Assembly: GCA_964393065.1 (NCBI GenBank) | Contig: CAYMRY010000002.1 | Span: 1-42,535, forward strand | Length of the DNA stretch: 42,535 nucleotides | Source: an uncultured Candidatus Saccharibacteria bacterium | GTDB lineage: Bacteria > Patescibacteriota > Minisyncoccia > Phycocordibacterales > UBA2100 | Direction: 5' to 3' | Shown: piece by piece, positions 33,326 to 42,058 of the stretch | Position numbering within the stretch: the stretch's first letter is position 1 | Layout: every line of letters starts with the position of its first letter | Program-made: the position numbers and the translations under genes | The notes under the pieces: generated by a model | Databases searched by the model: none | What the model was told of the DNA's origin: nothing | The model's input: only the letters and a program-made list of their open reading frames with translations

Positions 33326-34036
33326 ATGATCGAGATAGCGAACATTACAAAGACCTATGGCACCGGGGATGCTGCCTATCACGCACTGCGGGGTATCTCC
33401 TTCACTATTGAGGATGGTGAATTTGTGGCAATCATGGGCCCAAGCGGATCGGGTAAATCGACTGCAATGCATATCCTTGGGTGCCTTGATACACCAACAT
33501 CGGGCTCGTATAAGCTCAATGGTAAGGACGTATCAAAACTTTCCGACGATGAACTTGCAGAGATTAGAAGTCGTGAGATTGGGTTTGTATTTCAACAATT
33601 TAACCTTTTGCCGCGCACAAGTGTTTTACGTAACGTAATGATCCCTATGATATATGCGGAAGTTCCACGGGAAGAACGAGAAAAAAGGGCGCGGGAAGCA
33701 CTGCAAGGAGCCGGGCTCCAAGACACCTTTTATGGACGCTTCACAAGCCAATTGTCCGGGGGACAAATACAACGTGTCGCGATTGCCCGCTCACTCGTTA
33801 ATGATCCCACCATGATTCTCGCGGACGAACCAACCGGAAATCTTGATACCGTAACGGGAGAAATAGTTCTCGGCACGTTTCAAAAATTACATGAAAAAAG
33901 CGGAAAAACTATTCTCATTATCACTCATGAACAAGACGTCGCAGAACATGCCGAGCGCATTATTTACATTCGCGACGGCGTCATGAGCGAAGACTCCAAG
34001 AAACATTCGCGCAGACGCGCTCGCCATAGCGTATGA
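33326..34036 (+). CDS. ABC transporter ATP-binding protein (MacB/LolD-type)
   Basis: Walker [10 protein letters not shown], signature LSGGQIQRV, Walker [12 protein letters not shown] and H-loop ITHE. ATG at 33326. Confidence 0.9.
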   Translation: MIEIANITKTYGTGDAAYHALRGISFTIEDGEFVAIMGPSGSGKSTAMHILGCLDTPTSGSYKLNGKDVSKLSDDELAEIRSREIGFVFQQFNLLPRTSVLRNVMIPMIYAEVPREEREKRAREALQGAGLQDTFYGRFTSQLSGGQIQRVAIARSLVNDPTMILADEPTGNLDTVTGEIVLGTFQKLHEKSGKTILIITHEQDVAEHAERIIYIRDGVMSEDSKKHSRRRARHSV

Positions 34037-35259
34037 AAATAGAGGATATTCTCCTTGAAGTATATACCGCACTTTCCGCGAATCGCGTGCGCTCGGGGCT
34101 CACTATTTTGGGTATTGTTATCGGCATTTCGAGCGTTATTGCCATGGTTTCTGTGGGAACTGGTGCTTCGAATACAATTTCGACATCGATAGAATCGCTT
34201 GGTTCCAATCTTATTCAAGTAACACCGGGCGCACAACAGACGCGCGGCTTTGGCGCCTCTGGTGGTCGAGGTAACGCGAAAACTCTTACGAATGGCGATG
34301 CCGAAGCCATAAGAGAGCACATTGATGGCGTAGAGGCCGTGGATTCGCAGGTCTCAAGCCGCTACCAGGTCACTGCGAAAGGAACAAATACGAATACGAG
34401 CGTCATCGGAGTCACTCCTCAGTACCCACAAATTCGCAACGTCCAAATTCAGGACGGATCGTTCATTACGAATATCCAGAACAACACAGCAGCAAAAGTT
34501 GCGGTGTTGGGCCCAACAACACGCGATGACCTTTTTGGTGAAGGAGCTACCGATGTTGTAGGCAAGGCGGTTCGCATTAATGGCATAGAATTCAAGGTGA
34601 TCGGTGTTACGGTCGCAAAGGGCGGCACCGGTTTTCAAAATCAGGACGATATTATTTTTGTCCCTGTTCGAAGCGCGCAGCGCTATTTTTCTGGAGATCA
34701 GTACCTTTCGACGATTGCCGTCCAAGCGAAGTCATCAGAACTCATGACAGCGGTACAAGCAGATATCACCGCTCTACTTCTCGAGAGACATAAATTAAGT
34801 GATTCGACACAGGCGGATTTTAGTGTGCTCAACCAAAACGATATCCTCGCCTCAGCCTCCAGCATTACTTCAACACTCACCTATCTCCTCGCCGCTATCG
34901 GGGGCATATCGCTTGTGGTAGGTGGAATTGGCATTATGAACATGATGCTCACCACGGTCACGGAGCGTACGAAGGAAATTGGACTTCGCAAGGCAATCGG
35001 AGCAAAAAAGCGTGACATTCAAGCGCAGTTCTTGATGGAAGCAGTTGCACTTACGGTTATCGGGGGTGTGATTGGTATCATTCTCGGATGGCTAATCTCG
35101 TACGCCATCAACCTGACAGGACTCGTATCTACAAGCGTCTCCTTCTCGTCCGTAGCACTCGCTTTTGGAGTTGCTGCTCTTACCGGTATTGTATTTGGTT
35201 ACTATCCGGCGCGAAAAGCTTCCCACATGAATCCGATTGATGCGCTGCGTTTTGAGTAA
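34033..35259 (+). CDS. ABC transporter permease (MacB_PCD + FtsX domains)
   Basis: ATGA start/stop overlap with the ATPase gene. It has an N-terminal TM helix, a large periplasmic domain and a C-terminal FtsX-type helix bundle containing TERTKEIGLRKAIGAKKRDI. Confidence 0.9.
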   Translation: MKIEDILLEVYTALSANRVRSGLTILGIVIGISSVIAMVSVGTGASNTISTSIESLGSNLIQVTPGAQQTRGFGASGGRGNAKTLTNGDAEAIREHIDGVEAVDSQVSSRYQVTAKGTNTNTSVIGVTPQYPQIRNVQIQDGSFITNIQNNTAAKVAVLGPTTRDDLFGEGATDVVGKAVRINGIEFKVIGVTVAKGGTGFQNQDDIIFVPVRSAQRYFSGDQYLSTIAVQAKSSELMTAVQADITALLLERHKLSDSTQADFSVLNQNDILASASSITSTLTYLLAAIGGISLVVGGIGIMNMMLTTVTERTKEIGLRKAIGAKKRDIQAQFLMEAVALTVIGGVIGIILGWLISYAINLTGLVSTSVSFSSVALAFGVAALTGIVFGYYPARKASHMNPIDALRFE

Positions 35260-35289
35260 CATTAAAAAGCTGTCTTAATTCACATAGAT

Positions 35290-35706
35290 ATGAATACAAA
35301 AAATATAACTTTAGCAGCGAGTGCGGTAGTACTCATGGCAGCTTCCTTTTACGGCGGTATGTTGTATCAGGAGCGCTTCCAAAGACCAGGAGACATGATG
35401 CGCATGCCAAACGCTAACAATCAGCGCTTTATGGGTCAAAGAGGAGGACAAGCGAATGGCTTTATTATGGGAGAAATTCTCAAGAAGGACGCTACAAGTG
35501 TCACTATAAAAATGCAGGACGGAAGCACTAAAATCGTACTTATGGGAGAGAGCACAGAGGTTACCAAATCGGTCAGTGGTTCTGGAGGCGATCTTACGAC
35601 AGGTTTGAATATCTCTGTTGCAGGCTCACCGAACCCCGACGGAAGTGTTACAGCGCAGACGATTCAAATTCGCCCTGAAGGTGCGCAGATGCGCCGTCCA
35701 CAATAA
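35290..35706 (+). CDS. secreted hypothetical protein (possibly DUF5666-like)
   Basis: 138-aa ORF with an N-terminal anchor (LAASAVVLMAASFYGG), a Gln/Gly/Met-rich linker and a beta-rich segment (TSVTIKMQDGSTKIVL). It is in the same operon context as the exporter. Confidence 0.6.
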   Translation: MNTKNITLAASAVVLMAASFYGGMLYQERFQRPGDMMRMPNANNQRFMGQRGGQANGFIMGEILKKDATSVTIKMQDGSTKIVLMGESTEVTKSVSGSGGDLTTGLNISVAGSPNPDGSVTAQTIQIRPEGAQMRRPQ

Positions 35707-35743
35707 TGCCGCCTCTCCATACGCTTCAAATAGTATTTGTTGT

Positions 35744-36523
35744 ATGATGAGCTCAATGAAGGCTCTCGTAGGAGGTGTGGTTGTTATACTTTCCGCACTC
35801 GCCCTCTTTGCGTATATGCAGCAAACAGAAAACACTTCTATGACGTTTCTCACAAGCACAGCTGTCGACTCTCTACAGGTTATTCCCATAAGCCATGCGA
35901 GCTTCATACTCGCCTGGACCGACACCGTGTTTTCAATTGACCCGACGGGAGGAGCGAGCGCGTATGCGGGAAAACCGTTTGCTGATCTCATTTTACTCAC
36001 CGATATTCACGGCGATCACCTGAATATCGAGACCCTACGCGCGCAGCATCAAACGGCGCGTATCATTGCGCCGCAAGCAGTAAAGGATCAACTGCCAGAA
36101 GACCTCGCAGCGCGAACAATTGTCCTTAGTAACGACGAAACTCGTACGGAAGGACCTTTTTCAATCACTGCGGTCCCTATGTACAACCTGCCTGAGCGAG
36201 ATAACGCGCATTTCCACACAAAAGGGCGCGGAAATGGCTATCTTATAGAGCGTGAGGGTACGCGCGTATACATCGCGGGCGATACTGCGGATACCCCCGA
36301 AATGCGCTCCCTTACCAATATTTCGCTTGCTTTTATCCCAATGAATCTTCCCTACACAATGAGCGTCGAAGATGCGGCGAACGCTGTAATCGCTTTCAAA
36401 CCAAAGAAAGTGTATCCGTATCATTATCGAGGCCCGGATGGCCTCTCAGACATTGATGCGTTTAAAAAACTGGTTACTGAGGCGGATCCTTCGATTGAGG
36501 TAGTCTTTGCCCAGTGGTACTAG
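35744..36523 (+). CDS. membrane-anchored MBL-fold metallo-hydrolase
   Basis: The ATG at 35744 gives a TM anchor (LVGGVVVILSALALFAY). Motifs SHASFIL, LLTDIHGDHLN and IAGDT fit Lactamase_B-type hydrolases. Confidence 0.7.
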   Translation: MMSSMKALVGGVVVILSALALFAYMQQTENTSMTFLTSTAVDSLQVIPISHASFILAWTDTVFSIDPTGGASAYAGKPFADLILLTDIHGDHLNIETLRAQHQTARIIAPQAVKDQLPEDLAARTIVLSNDETRTEGPFSITAVPMYNLPERDNAHFHTKGRGNGYLIEREGTRVYIAGDTADTPEMRSLTNISLAFIPMNLPYTMSVEDAANAVIAFKPKKVYPYHYRGPDGLSDIDAFKKLVTEADPSIEVVFAQWY

Positions 36524-37224
36524 AGGAACTCTTTCGGGAGCGGGGATTCGTACTCTTCCCTGACGCCATGTGGCAAACATACAGAAAGCGTGAGTGCGTG
36601 AAGTGCGGGACGCGTAAAACCGAGTCGAGGTACACGATCTTTGGCGTAGAGAGGATCTGATACAAGTGCATGTCCGATGTGTGCAAAGTGAACACGTATT
36701 TGATGTGTCCGGCCGGTGCGGGGCATGACTTCAACATCGCTGATGGGCTCTGTATCATCACGACGACGTACGACACGCCACGCGCTTATAGCAGCGCGCG
36801 GGTCTTCTGCCGTTGTCGTCTTTGCATACCAACGACGCGGAACTTCCTTCGAACGCGCGATTGTAGCTACAATCTCACCTTCATCGTCTTGCATATGGCC
36901 ATACACGATTGCGCGATATCTCTTTGCAATTCTACGTGCTTTAAATTCACCTTTTAGGTAATGATATGCTTCGTCTGTTTTCGCGAGAATGATGACACCC
37001 GAAGTAGTACGGTCGAGTCGATGCACAATACCGGGTCTCGGATACCAATTTCCTTGCGGAGAAAGCCACGGTTCCCCTACCATTTCAAGCGCCGGATAGT
37101 GCTTCAAAATCCAGTCTGAGAGCGATGACTCTTCTGTCCTGCCGTCAGAGTGCACAATCAGTCCCGCTGGTTTATCGAGTGCGACCAAAAAGTCATTTTC
37201 AGCGAGAATTCTTGGCTCTTGCAT
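36520..37224 (-). CDS. RluA-family pseudouridine synthase
   Basis: Catalytic motif HRLDRTTSGVIILAK and RTGRTHQIRVHFAHIGHALVSDPLY. No S4 domain. Its stop overlaps the convergent MBL gene stop within CTAG. Confidence 0.9.
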   Translation of the reverse strand: MQEPRILAENDFLVALDKPAGLIVHSDGRTEESSLSDWILKHYPALEMVGEPWLSPQGNWYPRPGIVHRLDRTTSGVIILAKTDEAYHYLKGEFKARRIAKRYRAIVYGHMQDDEGEIVATIARSKEVPRRWYAKTTTAEDPRAAISAWRVVRRRDDTEPISDVEVMPRTGRTHQIRVHFAHIGHALVSDPLYAKDRVPRLGFTRPALHALTLSVCLPHGVREEYESPLPKEFL

Positions 37225-37255
37225 GGACGGATACTATCAAATCAAAGAGCAAACC

Positions 37256-37281
37256 AAAAAGGAGCCTTGCGGCTCCTTTTT
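37256..37281 (-). terminator. rho-independent (bidirectional-type) terminator
   Basis: AAAAAGGAGCC-TTGC-GGCTCCTTTTT. Confidence 0.8.
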
Positions 37282-37301
37282 ACGGATTTCAGAGAGTTGG
37301 G

Positions 37302-38417
37302 TTAGTCGTCATCTCGGTCATTCCCCTTACCATTTCCCTTTCCACGATTATCGTTATCGCGCTTTGTGCGATCGTCATCATCGTCAGAGCTTTTGTTTTT
37401 TGAATGCGGCTTTGGGTCGCTCGCATCAGGAATTCCGTCGTTATCGTCGTCGGAATCTTCGAAATTGCGCAAGCCGTCATGGTCGGGATCTCCCGATGAG
37501 CATACGCTCATGAAGTGCGAACGGCTCTTCGGCCCAAAGTATCCAGTCGTTGTTGAGCCCGTGCTGAAGATACCAAATTTCCTTTGGAACTTCTTAAGCG
37601 CCTCTTCTGTCTTAGGGCCAAAGAAGCCGGTGATCGATCCTGGTGGGAAGATGGAAGCATCCATCGAGAGTTGACGCTGCAATTCTTTCACGTCATCACC
37701 CTTATCACCATGACGAAGGTCACGCTTGAAGTCGAAGCAGAAGCCCGGTGGCGTTGAGGTTGCATTTCCTCCTGTCCCGCCCGTATTTTGCTGGATTAAG
37801 AGCAAAATTTGAGCCTTCAGTGCATTGATCTGATTGAGAAGAGCCTGAATTTGCGCAGAGACGCCGCTTCCTGTTGTCGTTGCATTTACCGTGACTGTTA
37901 CCTGCGAGGTAACGGTACCCGACGGGTTCGTCGCGCTCAGCTGATACGTTGTGGTTACGAGCGGAGAAATAGTAAGTGAAGTACTCGAGACTACACCGAC
38001 CCCATTGTTAATACTGGTCGAGCTTGCATTTGAGACACTCCAAGCAAGAATCGAGCTCTGTCCTGCAGTAATTGAGGAAGGTGTCGCGGTGAATGAGCTA
38101 ATAGTGGGCGCCGGATGCGCAATGGTTGCACTGCACGTCGTTGTCGCAATCGTAGATGAAGCATCAGTCGCCTGAAGATTCATCGAATACACTCCGGGTA
38201 CACCGGCAACAGTTTGCGTAGTCGATGTGCTGCCGTTACCCCATACGAAGGAGTATGGTTGTACGCCGCCGCTTGCAGATGCGCTCCATACTATTGAAGC
38301 TGTGCCGGGAACGCCGGAACAGCTAACGGTGAGAGCAGAAGCAGCGCTTGCAAAGGTAAGGACACACAGTGCAAGAATGCTCGCGAGTGTTATTGAAGGA
38401 ATTGATCGAGTAAACAT
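37302..38417 (-). CDS. secreted surface protein: Ig-like repeats + coiled coil + PG_binding_1 domain + TSP3-like Ca-binding motif + acidic tail
   Basis: The ATG at 38417 gives a signal peptide (ITLASILALCVLTFASAASA). PG-binding motif GDKGDDVKELQRQL...GFFGPKTEEALKKFQ. Also DPDHDGLRNFEDSDDDNDGIPDASDP. The longer ORF to 38771 has no support. Confidence 0.8.
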   Translation of the reverse strand: MFTRSIPSITLASILALCVLTFASAASALTVSCSGVPGTASIVWSASASGGVQPYSFVWGNGSTSTTQTVAGVPGVYSMNLQATDASSTIATTTCSATIAHPAPTISSFTATPSSITAGQSSILAWSVSNASSTSINNGVGVVSSTSLTISPLVTTTYQLSATNPSGTVTSQVTVTVNATTTGSGVSAQIQALLNQINALKAQILLLIQQNTGGTGGNATSTPPGFCFDFKRDLRHGDKGDDVKELQRQLSMDASIFPPGSITGFFGPKTEEALKKFQRKFGIFSTGSTTTGYFGPKSRSHFMSVCSSGDPDHDGLRNFEDSDDDNDGIPDASDPKPHSKNKSSDDDDDRTKRDNDNRGKGNGKGNDRDDD

Positions 38418-38621
38418 AATTGTACTAAGTATAGGTAACGTTACTTTTAATATATCGGCAGCCGAGTGGCTCCTCGGGCGATTATATACCAGACGAAGTC
38501 CAAAGTGATTTATTACTGCATGTCGGATCACTGTACACAGCACACCATTTTGCACGTCATTCGACAAACGAATCACATATGGCAGGATTTCACTAGACCC
38601 ATAGCTCTTTGAGAGGATGAC

Positions 38622-39707
38622 ATGGGATACATGAAGACAATCGAGGAGCTGATCGATGTTCTCGAGCCGAGCGCCCCAGAGTACATTGCTCAACTGCGCG
38701 CAATCTGCAGAAAACCGTCCTACGGACTGCTTCCTGTCGGACTGAAGCTCCATTATGTTAGAGGCGCCCATGCATTGGATGCGTTCATAAAAGCCTTAGG
38801 TGGCTGGGAGAAAGTGATTGAGAGCAACGTGTATCAGTCGTACGGTGCGGCCGTCTGCGTCGTCTTACCGCCCTCAGGCAGCGCCGAAGCGGCCATTATG
38901 CTTGTGAAAGCCGTTGAGCGCTTTACCGGCAAGCCCGTTTTCAGTAGCGCGGACGTCAAAATGCAAATATGCACCGCAGGGAGATTGGATAGAGAGCGGG
39001 CGGCTCTTCTTGGATGTGGCTTTTACTTGGCATCCGACACGATTCGCTCGTATGTACTCAACGACTTTAGGACGACAGTAAGCTCTGACGACTACTATCG
39101 ACGTGGCCGAAGGATTTTGCTTCACGACGCAAACGGTCGCTTCGAGAGAACCTTTACCTGGGCGCGTACGCCCCACCGGATCACGGCGTGGTGCCATGAT
39201 GTGCTCGGAAAAACGCTGCCCACGACTACCGTACACGGAAAGCAAGACGCATACCTGTGGCGGAAGTATCTGCCCTTCAATGGCGAGAGGACGGATGTTT
39301 TTGCAGGTTCGGCCTCTGAGATTGATATTCTCAACATCAATCTCATCGCAACACTGCTCGTCCAGGCGCAGTACTCGTGGCTCAAAGGACCGCTTAGAAC
39401 ACTTGGTGAAGAATTCGAATCAGATGTGCGTGCACTTCTTTTGCGTCATGAACTCCTCGGTATTCTTTCTGCCGAATGGGTATGTGCTGTACGAGAAGAC
39501 AACATGCATGGCGAAGACGAGCGATTCTTCAGTGCGCTCCAGGAACTCATGAACTACACGCACGACGAGGTGCGGCGTATTGAGAAGGATCGCAAGCTCC
39601 GCAAAAGTACTCTGCAACACCCAGGACGGCATCCGGGCCTTCTTGAGGAGATGCACACGCTGATACGCACCTATCGCCGACACGTCATGAACGCAAACCT
39701 GCACTAG
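38622..39707 (+). CDS. hypothetical protein, no recognisable domain
   Basis: 361-aa ORF with GAGAGGA upstream and ordinary globular composition. I recognise no motif. Confidence 0.65.
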   Translation: MGYMKTIEELIDVLEPSAPEYIAQLRAICRKPSYGLLPVGLKLHYVRGAHALDAFIKALGGWEKVIESNVYQSYGAAVCVVLPPSGSAEAAIMLVKAVERFTGKPVFSSADVKMQICTAGRLDRERAALLGCGFYLASDTIRSYVLNDFRTTVSSDDYYRRGRRILLHDANGRFERTFTWARTPHRITAWCHDVLGKTLPTTTVHGKQDAYLWRKYLPFNGERTDVFAGSASEIDILNINLIATLLVQAQYSWLKGPLRTLGEEFESDVRALLLRHELLGILSAEWVCAVREDNMHGEDERFFSALQELMNYTHDEVRRIEKDRKLRKSTLQHPGRHPGLLEEMHTLIRTYRRHVMNANLH

Positions 39708-39717
39708 GAGTCCTGCA

Positions 39718-39876
39718 ATGCCCTACGCACACCAGCCGGGTAAACCCATCAAAGAAAAGCCTGCACTGCCAAATCCGATCTTTCAGCCTGAACCCATTCA
39801 GGAGCCAGCGCGGCCACTGAGGACCCCGCACATCGATCCCCCGCAGCCGATTCGCATTCCAGATAAGGTGGAGTAA
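39718..39876 (+). CDS. 52-aa proline-rich micro-protein (not in the supplied ORF track)
   Basis: AGGAG (39706-39710) lies 7 nt upstream of the ATG at 39718. Product: MPYAHQPGKPIKEKPALPNPIFQPEPIQEPARPLRTPHIDPPQPIRIPDKVE (15 Pro). A terminator lies 15 nt after its TAA. Confidence 0.45.
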   Translation: MPYAHQPGKPIKEKPALPNPIFQPEPIQEPARPLRTPHIDPPQPIRIPDKVE

Positions 39877-39890
39877 GCGAACTGTGGGCG

Positions 39891-39920
39891 AGCCCCGGCA
39901 TCATGCCGGGGCTTTGTCTT
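39891..39920 (+). terminator. rho-independent terminator
   Basis: AGCCCCGGC / GCCGGGGCT stem, then TTGTCTT. Confidence 0.6.
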
Positions 39921-39975
39921 GACTTACTATCGATATTGTGTTTTTTTACCACCAGCGCATTCATCGGAGGTGCAC

Positions 39976-40512
39976 GTGGACATCGTGATCATACATGGGG
40001 TGGTGAGTCCTCGCGGACACAATCCCCTGCCACACTTAGCAAAGGGATTTAAGAAGGCATTCCCCACAGCGCAGATACACTTCGAACACAGACTCTATGC
40101 TCCGTGGAGTACGGGTACGATGCTCCGACTCATTGCACATATTCGTGCAAAATACCAAAAGAGTGATTCGGTGATGCTTGTCGGGCACTCGCTTGGTGGG
40201 ATCGTTGCACTTGCTGCTGCGCGAGAAATGCATAATGCGTGCGCAGTCGTGACGATCTTTTCGCCCCATACTGCGTATCACAGCCTATTCAGCCAAATGC
40301 TTCTCAGTGAGTCGCACAATGAGCGCTTTATCATCATATCGTTTGGCGCATTGCGCGACCGCGTTGTCCCGCATTCAGGTACGATGCATCCGCGCGCAAA
40401 GTATCACGGGGTAATCGATACCGATCACGTGGCAGGTCTTGCAAGAGATGTGCGGATTACAGATGAAATCGCACACACGGTTCGCACTGTTCTTTCAGAG
40501 CCCGACGACTAG
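39976..40512 (+). CDS. alpha/beta hydrolase (lipase/esterase-like)
   Basis: GGAGG lies 5 nt upstream of the GTG at 39976. Nucleophile elbow LVGHSLGG and His context IDTDHV. The longer ORF from 39919 would start inside the preceding terminator. Confidence 0.7.
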   Translation: MDIVIIHGVVSPRGHNPLPHLAKGFKKAFPTAQIHFEHRLYAPWSTGTMLRLIAHIRAKYQKSDSVMLVGHSLGGIVALAAAREMHNACAVVTIFSPHTAYHSLFSQMLLSESHNERFIIISFGALRDRVVPHSGTMHPRAKYHGVIDTDHVAGLARDVRITDEIAHTVRTVLSEPDD

Positions 40513-40529
40513 TCGGGCTCGCTTTTTTT
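40498..40529 (+). terminator. rho-independent terminator
   Basis: Stem GAGCCCGAC / GTCGGGCTC enclosing the stop codon, then GCTTTTTTT. Confidence 0.85.
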
Positions 40530-40546
40530 GCATACAATACGCACCC

Positions 40547-40960
40547 ATGGTCTCAAAATTTCTGCCCGGTAGATACCGCCTGCGTGTCGGCCGCTCAAAG
40601 AGCGGTCGCGGCATGTTTGCGAGCGAGAAGATACCCAAAGGCGTCTGCATTATCGAGTACACGGGGATACCCGCAACGCCTGCACAAATCAAAGCCGATC
40701 GCGGTAAGTATCTTTTTGAAATATCACGCAACCTCACGATCGACGGAAATATTCCCTCAAATAAGGCGCGGTTTATCAACCATTCATGCGCTCCCAATTG
40801 CATAATTGAGATCTATAAAAAGCGCATCTATGTTTTTTCGAAGCGCGCTATCAATAAAAACGAAGAACTGACCTATGATTATGATACGGAGTATTTTGAA
40901 CAACATATCAAACCGCGTGGCTGTCGTTGCCTGAAATGCGCACGTCGTCAACGAGACTAA
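40547..40960 (+). CDS. SET-domain protein (putative protein lysine methyltransferase) with post-SET Cys motif
   Basis: Motifs GRGMFASEKIPKG, RFINHSCAPNC, ELTYDY and CRCLKC. 137 aa, ATG at 40547. Confidence 0.85.
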   Translation: MVSKFLPGRYRLRVGRSKSGRGMFASEKIPKGVCIIEYTGIPATPAQIKADRGKYLFEISRNLTIDGNIPSNKARFINHSCAPNCIIEIYKKRIYVFSKRAINKNEELTYDYDTEYFEQHIKPRGCRCLKCARRQRD

Positions 40961-41096
40961 AAAGGTATCCTCTTCTTCATGGACAATTCCCTAAATACCT
41001 GTATGCTGTAGGTATCAATTCAGGGCTGACCAGTTTCGAGCGGTCGACCTATAACACCAGCGCACTCGACTTGATACTTTACCAACACAATTCTCA

Positions 41097-41303
41097 ATGC
41101 ATATGCAGACAGGAATTATTGCACGACTCACCGACAAGGGGTTTGGATTCATCAAGCGCGAAGGCGAAGCGAAGGATCTTTTCTTCCACTCGAGCGAGCT
41201 CGTTGGCGTTTCTTTTGATTCGCTTCGCGAGGGTGACACACTCACTTTCGAGGTAGCTGAAAGCCCAAAGGGACCAAACGCAGTCAAGATCAGCCGCGCG
41301 TAA
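41097..41303 (+). CDS. cold-shock domain protein (CspA family)
   Basis: RNP1-like KGFGFI and RNP2-like LFFHSS. About 66 aa. Alternative ATG at 41103. Confidence 0.9.
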   Translation: MHMQTGIIARLTDKGFGFIKREGEAKDLFFHSSELVGVSFDSLREGDTLTFEVAESPKGPNAVKISRA

Positions 41304-41320
41304 GTTTTACGCCTCTGACT

Positions 41321-41357
41321 GCATCAATCCCGCTTTCGAGCGGGATTGATGCTTTTG
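41321..41357 (+). terminator. rho-independent terminator
   Basis: Stem GCATCAATCCCGC / GCGGGATTGATGC (13 bp), then TTTTG. Confidence 0.85.
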
Positions 41358-41420
41358 CGTATATAGCCAATCCAAGGAATCCGTGGTATACGTTGGATAG
41401 ACAACCGCAAGGAGGCGTAT

Positions 41421-42008
41421 GTGTACTCGACCGAAAGCCCAGAAGAGCGTGGAAAACGATCTGAAGCACGCTTCTTCGAAGCAGCATCGGTCATTCTCCC
41501 GCAAACTCCCCAATGGCTCATAGCCATCGAAAAGGCACCGAGTGAGCTTGATCTCAGAGGCGTCGACGCAATTGCGTATATCACGTATCCCGGTGAACAC
41601 CACGTGGAACGAGTGCCGATTCAAATAAAGAGCTCGTGGCATGCAGTGACTCGCTATCTGGAGAAACACGAGCATCGTAGGTTAGCTGTGCCGGTTTTCA
41701 TCGTCATGCTTGATCGACTGACGCCACACGATGTTCGCAGAATTCTCTACAGTCGGTTGAGAAAAATACGCGATGACAATGTTCGTTTCAATGACTATTT
41801 TGCGCAACAGTACAGTAGCCGACTTTCACTCAGAGCGGAAGAAACGCTTCAGCGCCTCCTGAGAGCTCGGATGCGCATTCCGCATACCGAGAAAGTCCGT
41901 CCTCTTGGGCACCAACGCACGCAACAGTATCAAAGATCCATGAACCAGTTGCAGCGCTCGCTCGTTGGCTTGATACGAGTGCTACGCTCTCTGGTTCAAC
42001 GAAGCTAA
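41421..42008 (+). CDS. hypothetical protein with PD-(D/E)xK nuclease-like N-terminal domain and basic helical tail
   Basis: GTG start. The motifs SEARFFEAA, LRGVDAIAYI and VPIQIKSS give the E...D...QxK spacing of restriction-endonuclease-fold (DUF4365-like) proteins. The C-terminal 90 aa are Arg-rich and helical. Confidence 0.5.
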   Translation: MYSTESPEERGKRSEARFFEAASVILPQTPQWLIAIEKAPSELDLRGVDAIAYITYPGEHHVERVPIQIKSSWHAVTRYLEKHEHRRLAVPVFIVMLDRLTPHDVRRILYSRLRKIRDDNVRFNDYFAQQYSSRLSLRAEETLQRLLRARMRIPHTEKVRPLGHQRTQQYQRSMNQLQRSLVGLIRVLRSLVQRS

Positions 42009-42042
42009 CGAGCCCGCATTTCTGCGGGCTCGACTCTTTTTT
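42009..42042. terminator. rho-independent terminator between convergent genes
   Basis: Stem CGAGCCCGCA / TGCGGGCTCG (10 bp), then ACTCTTTTTT on the plus strand. Confidence 0.85.
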
Positions 42043-42058
42043 AATGAATATTTTAGCG

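Noticed and set aside
39749-39964. 71-aa minus-strand ORF between the orphan 361-aa gene and the hydrolase gene.
   Set aside because: It spans the 39891-39920 terminator hairpin and lacks an SD. It competes with a plus-strand micro-ORF that has a perfect SD and sensible operon context.
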